Shown here: positions 59,347 through 64,000 of the stretch, piece after piece
Position numbering within the stretch: the first letter of the stretch is position 1
Layout: each line of letters begins with the position of its first letter
Source of the DNA: Pocillopora damicornis
Taxonomy: Eukaryota
NCBI RefSeq assembly: GCF_003704095.1
Contig: NW_020843379.1
Span: 372,001-436,000 of the forward strand
Reading direction: 5' to 3'
DNA length: 64,000 bases
Position numbers and translations under genes: made by a program
The notes under the pieces: generated by a model
The model's input: the letters and a program-made list of their open reading frames with translations, nothing else
What the model was told of the DNA's origin: nothing
The model's database searches: none

Positions 59347-62300
59347 TCACTCGTCGTAAGACTCGCCGGTGTGAACAGTCAATTTAACATTTGTTCCGTA
59401 AAGACTCAACGCAGGATAAAACTCTCCCAATAAACCTACAAATGTCGGCCCATTTGGTCTGGATGGATCCGTTAGTAGTTTGCCTAAGAAGAAAGAAGAA
59501 TTAATGGAAATTATTATTACTTTTGATTTGAATAACTCTTTCTATTGTGGTATCTTAAGTTAAGTGGCCACAATCGGATTGCGTTGAAGTGACGTCTTTG
59601 CTCAGTATGGCACCATGAACGTCATATTCATCTAGCTTTACATCGCGACTTTGTCCACCCGCGGTCATGTTTGTTTACATGACCTTCGACTAAAGCGGTA
59701 CATTTACCCAGTGCTCCGAGTGCGACGCCATCTTTCTCCGTATTGCGGATTTTGTTTGATTATTACATGTAAGATGGCCAAGCTACGTGAGAAGAAATCT
59801 CCCGATGGTACGAAACAGTTGTGATTTGTTTTAACAAAGGTTCGCTCAGTGGATTAAGACACTGATGTAGGACACCGACTGTAATGTCAGCAAGTATGCG
59901 ATCGATAAAATAGCTTTATACTTCTGAAGGAAAGAGCCCTAGTTTTTACATGGCTCGAAGCAAAAATAGTCAAAACATCCACCAAGATGATAACGACAGA
60001 AGGGGAAGGGAGGGGGAGTGGGTGGTGTCTACTCTGTACAAATTAACACTTCTTCGCAAAAGCCACCTTCAGTTCCCTTCTCAAAATTCTTTTCTCATGA
60101 GTCTGATTTGCACATTGTAAACTACGCAATTATGCACCTACCCCATCTCTAAACCAACAAAAATCAACTGATAACAAATCAGGGTTAATGTTAAGTTAGA
60201 AAAGGTGAGCAGTTGCTCAGAAACTGGCATTGATTCAATTTTTTTATTACCCTCATTTGGCATAGTTTCTTACCGTTTAGATACAAATTCAAGAAGTGAT
60301 CATCTAAGTTCAACAGCACGCCGATATTGGCGTGGGTAAGTTCTTTTGACGATCTCTTGATCTGCACTCGGTTCTTCGTGTTTGAACACGAAGCGTTTGG
60401 ATGTTCGTTGATTTGAACGGCGTAAGAATCAGAATCTTCGCCCAGGATCGGGTCCTCGATAACTTTTCGAGAGACACCCACACCTGTCAATTGAAAAATG
60501 CATCGGTTTAGAAAATAATATAGGTGATAACGTCGAAAGTTTATGAATGTATGAAAATATGGACTGAGGCCGATGAGATCTGATGCAGACCTCTATGGGA
60601 ACAAGATCCCTGTGCTGTGATGTTGGACTTCATTGAACTTATACACAGACGTTTTTAAAAAGCGGACAGCAATCGAAAGGAGACTTTAGCTTCTTCACGC
60701 GCTCTTTGACATCTTTGGCAACCAATATACTGCAAAAAACCTTGCTTTTGGATTTTAATCTAAACAGTAGAGACTAAAGATCTGCACTAGACCCTAATTT
60801 AAAGAAGTTTGTAATTCTTGCTTCTATCCCCGTGTCATGATGATCTGTAAAGGGGCAGGGAAAAGGGAGGAGGAATTCAAAACTTTCTAATAAATATTAA
60901 GTCCAGGAAAGACACGGGAGCCTCCTGGTCTGTAGACGTGATGTGGTTTAAACCTATGATGGGGTAAAGAAGTCTTTTAGTGGGGTCTTGTGTTTTTTGT
61001 CACGCAAGCCTCTCCTCGAGATTGTGTGACGTACTAGAAATAGATTCTTTTTTCACTTACCGATGATGGAGAGTTTGTTGTGAGAGTTGAATTCATCCAC
61101 ATGAACTCTCCAATAATGACAAGCAGAGGAAAGCTTTACATTTCCCAGGATGAAAGTGTACACGGGACTTTTCAGACTCACAGTACAATTTTCATTGGTC
61201 AGTTCCAAGTCGTGATTCGCTGATGATGGATCCAGTTGGAAGTACAAACCTGGGAGGAATACATTTCGAGTTAGGTAGAGGTTTTGAAGGACAGCTGTTG
61301 TCAAGGCGAGATGTCGCACGAGTTCCGCCTCTTTCAAAAACTCATTTCAGTACCGCGGATAAGAAATCAGCGGACCAAACACGAAGACTTTCTGCACTTT
61401 CCACGTAAGATGATTTATTTGCGACCCCCAGGCGATTAAATGGTTCTTGGGGGTTCCATCAGAAACAATTTCCCGAACTGTAGCCCTGCTGGTCTCTATG
61501 TCGCTCGTTACTTTGACTTTCTTTGTATCTCTTTGTCTTTTTATCTGTCCGCCAACAGACCGATTGACCGGATGTCTGACTGACTGAATGATTGTCCCAC
61601 TAACCAACCAACCCACCCCAACCAACCCACCGAACGACTGACCAACCGACCGACCGGCAGATCTACTGACTGACTGACTGACTGACCGACCGACCGACTG
61701 ACTAAATGACTGACTGACTGTCTTACCGTCTGACTGACAAACTGACCGACTGCCGGAGTTTCTGGCCGACTAACGGACCAATCTTACTGACTAATTTATC
61801 GTCTCTAGGTTGCTTCTCAACACCTACCTGTTGGCGTTGAAAGAATGAGTTCCTCACTCGGAGTTCCTTCACCAGTCGGATTCGCGCCAAACACGCGCGC
61901 AATGATATTTACACTGTAAGGCACGCTGTACAGCGCATATTCACGCGCAGCACCCTCGTACAGTCGTTTAAACTTGCGATCCTTCTTTCTTCGTGTTGCA
62001 AACTCGGAGCTTTTCACCATGTCCACTTCCAGAACATAATAATCAACACAACATTTCGTTTCAGGAGCCAGCCAGCCAAGTAACACGGTTGTGTTGTTTA
62101 CTTTACATCTGGCCTTGTTGAATGCCGGAGAGTCTAAAGAGAGAGAAAAACCATGGTTGGTGAAAATCAGTGCTCGCTCGGTGACCCTAGAGGACACAAT
62201 ATTCAGTCAAAAATGAAGAATTGGTCACCCTGCTAATGAGTAAGGCACTCACCAATATCAGCCTTTCTAGGGAGATATGAGTGTGGGGGAGGGGGTGGGG

Positions 62301-63115
62301 GTGTGGATAGAGAACTGGGGAAATTGCATTCAATTTTACAATTTAAATTTTTAATTTCTGGTTGTGTGCACAGAGTAACTCTTGAAACTAGTGGTGTAGT
62401 ATGTGGACAGAAAAACCCTTGACGATTAAGAGATCTTAGCTAGCGAAGAGAATGAGAAAAAGCCTTACGACAGTATGCAAATTGTCGAAGCATAATGTGG
62501 AGGTAATCGAACATTCGATAGATGCAGGAGCCCTTCACTTGATGGGCTCCTGATAGATGACAAAGCGCAAATGGCTTGTCACCTCGGCATGTATTTTGTA
62601 ATGTTCATCTAAATGAGCAGCGTTTTTGAACACATTGTTCCAAACATAAAAATTCTCTAAGTGTTTGTTGGTTTTTCTTTCTCTTAATTTATGTAGATGC
62701 CCTTTTTCTGAAGGGCGAAAGTCTGCACAGTTATAAGTCAGAGACTCTTTGTGAGACCATCCCTGATTACCTGGAACTGAAGGAGTGGCTATCCCTGTTA
62801 CCATGGTCACCTCCACTTTGGTCCCATACAGACACAGGGCCGCACAGAATTCTCCGCTCAACCCCTTAAAACTAGGACCCTTTGGACGACCAATGTCTGT
62901 CTGAAGTTCCCCGTCAAGGTATATGTTCAGAAACTGATTGTTTAGGTCCATCAAAACACCAAGGCTGCTGTCCTTCAGGTCTTTCGCTTTTCGTTTAATT
63001 TGAATCTTGTGCTTGGCGTTCTCAGTTCGAGCTGTTGTGCCTTCGAAAATTTGTAGGGCATAAGATCCGGATGTGTTCCCCAGAATGGAATCTTGGGTAA
63101 TCCTTTTGGCAACTC
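59347..63115 (-). CDS. 3' part of a B30.2/SPRY-FN3-B30.2/SPRY protein (TRIM/FSD-like); exons 63115-62771, 62133-61828, 61249-61061, 60483-60274, 59483-59347; 5' part lies beyond the window
   Basis: SPRY motifs LGVLMDLNNQFLNIYLDG, GEFCAALCLY, FQLDPSSANHDLELTN, CHYWRVHV and IGVLLNLDDHFL; FN3 LGW....DYYVLE...Y.V...V.G.N..GEG.PSE. All introns are phase 1 GT-AG. Confidence 0.85.
61595..61790. repeat. (GACT/GACC/CCAA)n tetranucleotide microsatellite
   Basis: Runs of ACTG/ACCG directly visible. Confidence 0.85.
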
Positions 63116-64000
63116 CTGCGAATGAAAAAAAAAATTTTGAAGTTATGACAGAGAAAATTGTATCTGGACTTTCGTTCGATAACCTTTAGGACTAGAGACA
63201 CCGGTCCAGACAACCCCTGTAGTCCTTGTAATATGCCTTCACCAATGAGAAGTAAGATATTGATATATCAACCAATCAGGTTAGGTAATCGTTTCCCGTT
63301 GTGTCAACTACCTATTACCAAAGCCCGAGTGATTTAAGTTTTGCGTTTGATTGGTTCGGAAGATAACATGATTTTCCAGACATATCAGAGAGCGAAGTGA
63401 AGTAGAAGCAATCAAATTTCGGATACTTTTGACGCTTAATAGCAATTTGTCCAAGATCTGTAATTGCATCTGCTGATTGAATCTTAATTCTGACTTAATG
63501 ATAACCATGATAAATTTCTCAAATATTAATGGTGTATTCGCTGTACAGTCGTAATCGGACAGTTAGCTGTAGTGGGACACCTGTAATCAGACAGTTGAAG
63601 CAACCAATCATACTAAGTCCAATCAGCCAATTCACCAATCACAGAAATGATCAAAATAACCATAGCAACAACCACTTACAATAGAACCAACCAAACAAAA
63701 ACTGGGGAATTTCCAAAATGGAGGAATTTTTTTATTAAAGACATTGTCTCCACAGGAGATAGTTTTTTCTAGGTGTATTTGTTTTTGCCCGGAAATTGAA
63801 ATGGTTATGATTAATTGGTAACAGGACTTCTTGTCGTCCAATTCTGTCTGTAATCATACTCATGATTAACAAATCGGACTCCCGCTTCGCAGTCGTCCGA
63901 TTTTGTTAATCACGTATATGTTTACAGACAGAATTTGACTCCACTTGGTCCTATTACCATTATGTAGTACTAACTAACTCTGAGGTTTTCACATAATGTT

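Overview
AT-rich, intron-containing animal genomic DNA with many assembly gaps. The gene and repeat content suggests a cnidarian, probably a stony coral (inference). From left to right: a decayed CLAMP/C8orf74-like gene; a gap-ridden cluster of intronless NLR genes (three or four copies); TEX30; SAV1 head-to-head with an RSPH4/6 radial-spoke gene; EIF4A3; an intronless F-box/LRR gene; two intronic C/D-box snoRNAs of the SNORD2/snR39B type; COPS2 with an intronless core CDS; two divergent paralogous class A GPCRs; and the 3' part of a SPRY-FN3-SPRY gene. Many TTAA/piggyBac-type MITEs, other MITEs, SINEs and a LINE remnant are present. The standout is the NLR N-terminus: a four-transmembrane domain that aligns by eye, motif by motif, with connexins and is fused to NACHT-LRR. 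This suggests an immune-gated large-pore channel in a non-chordate. All calls come from reading the sequence; no database searches were run.
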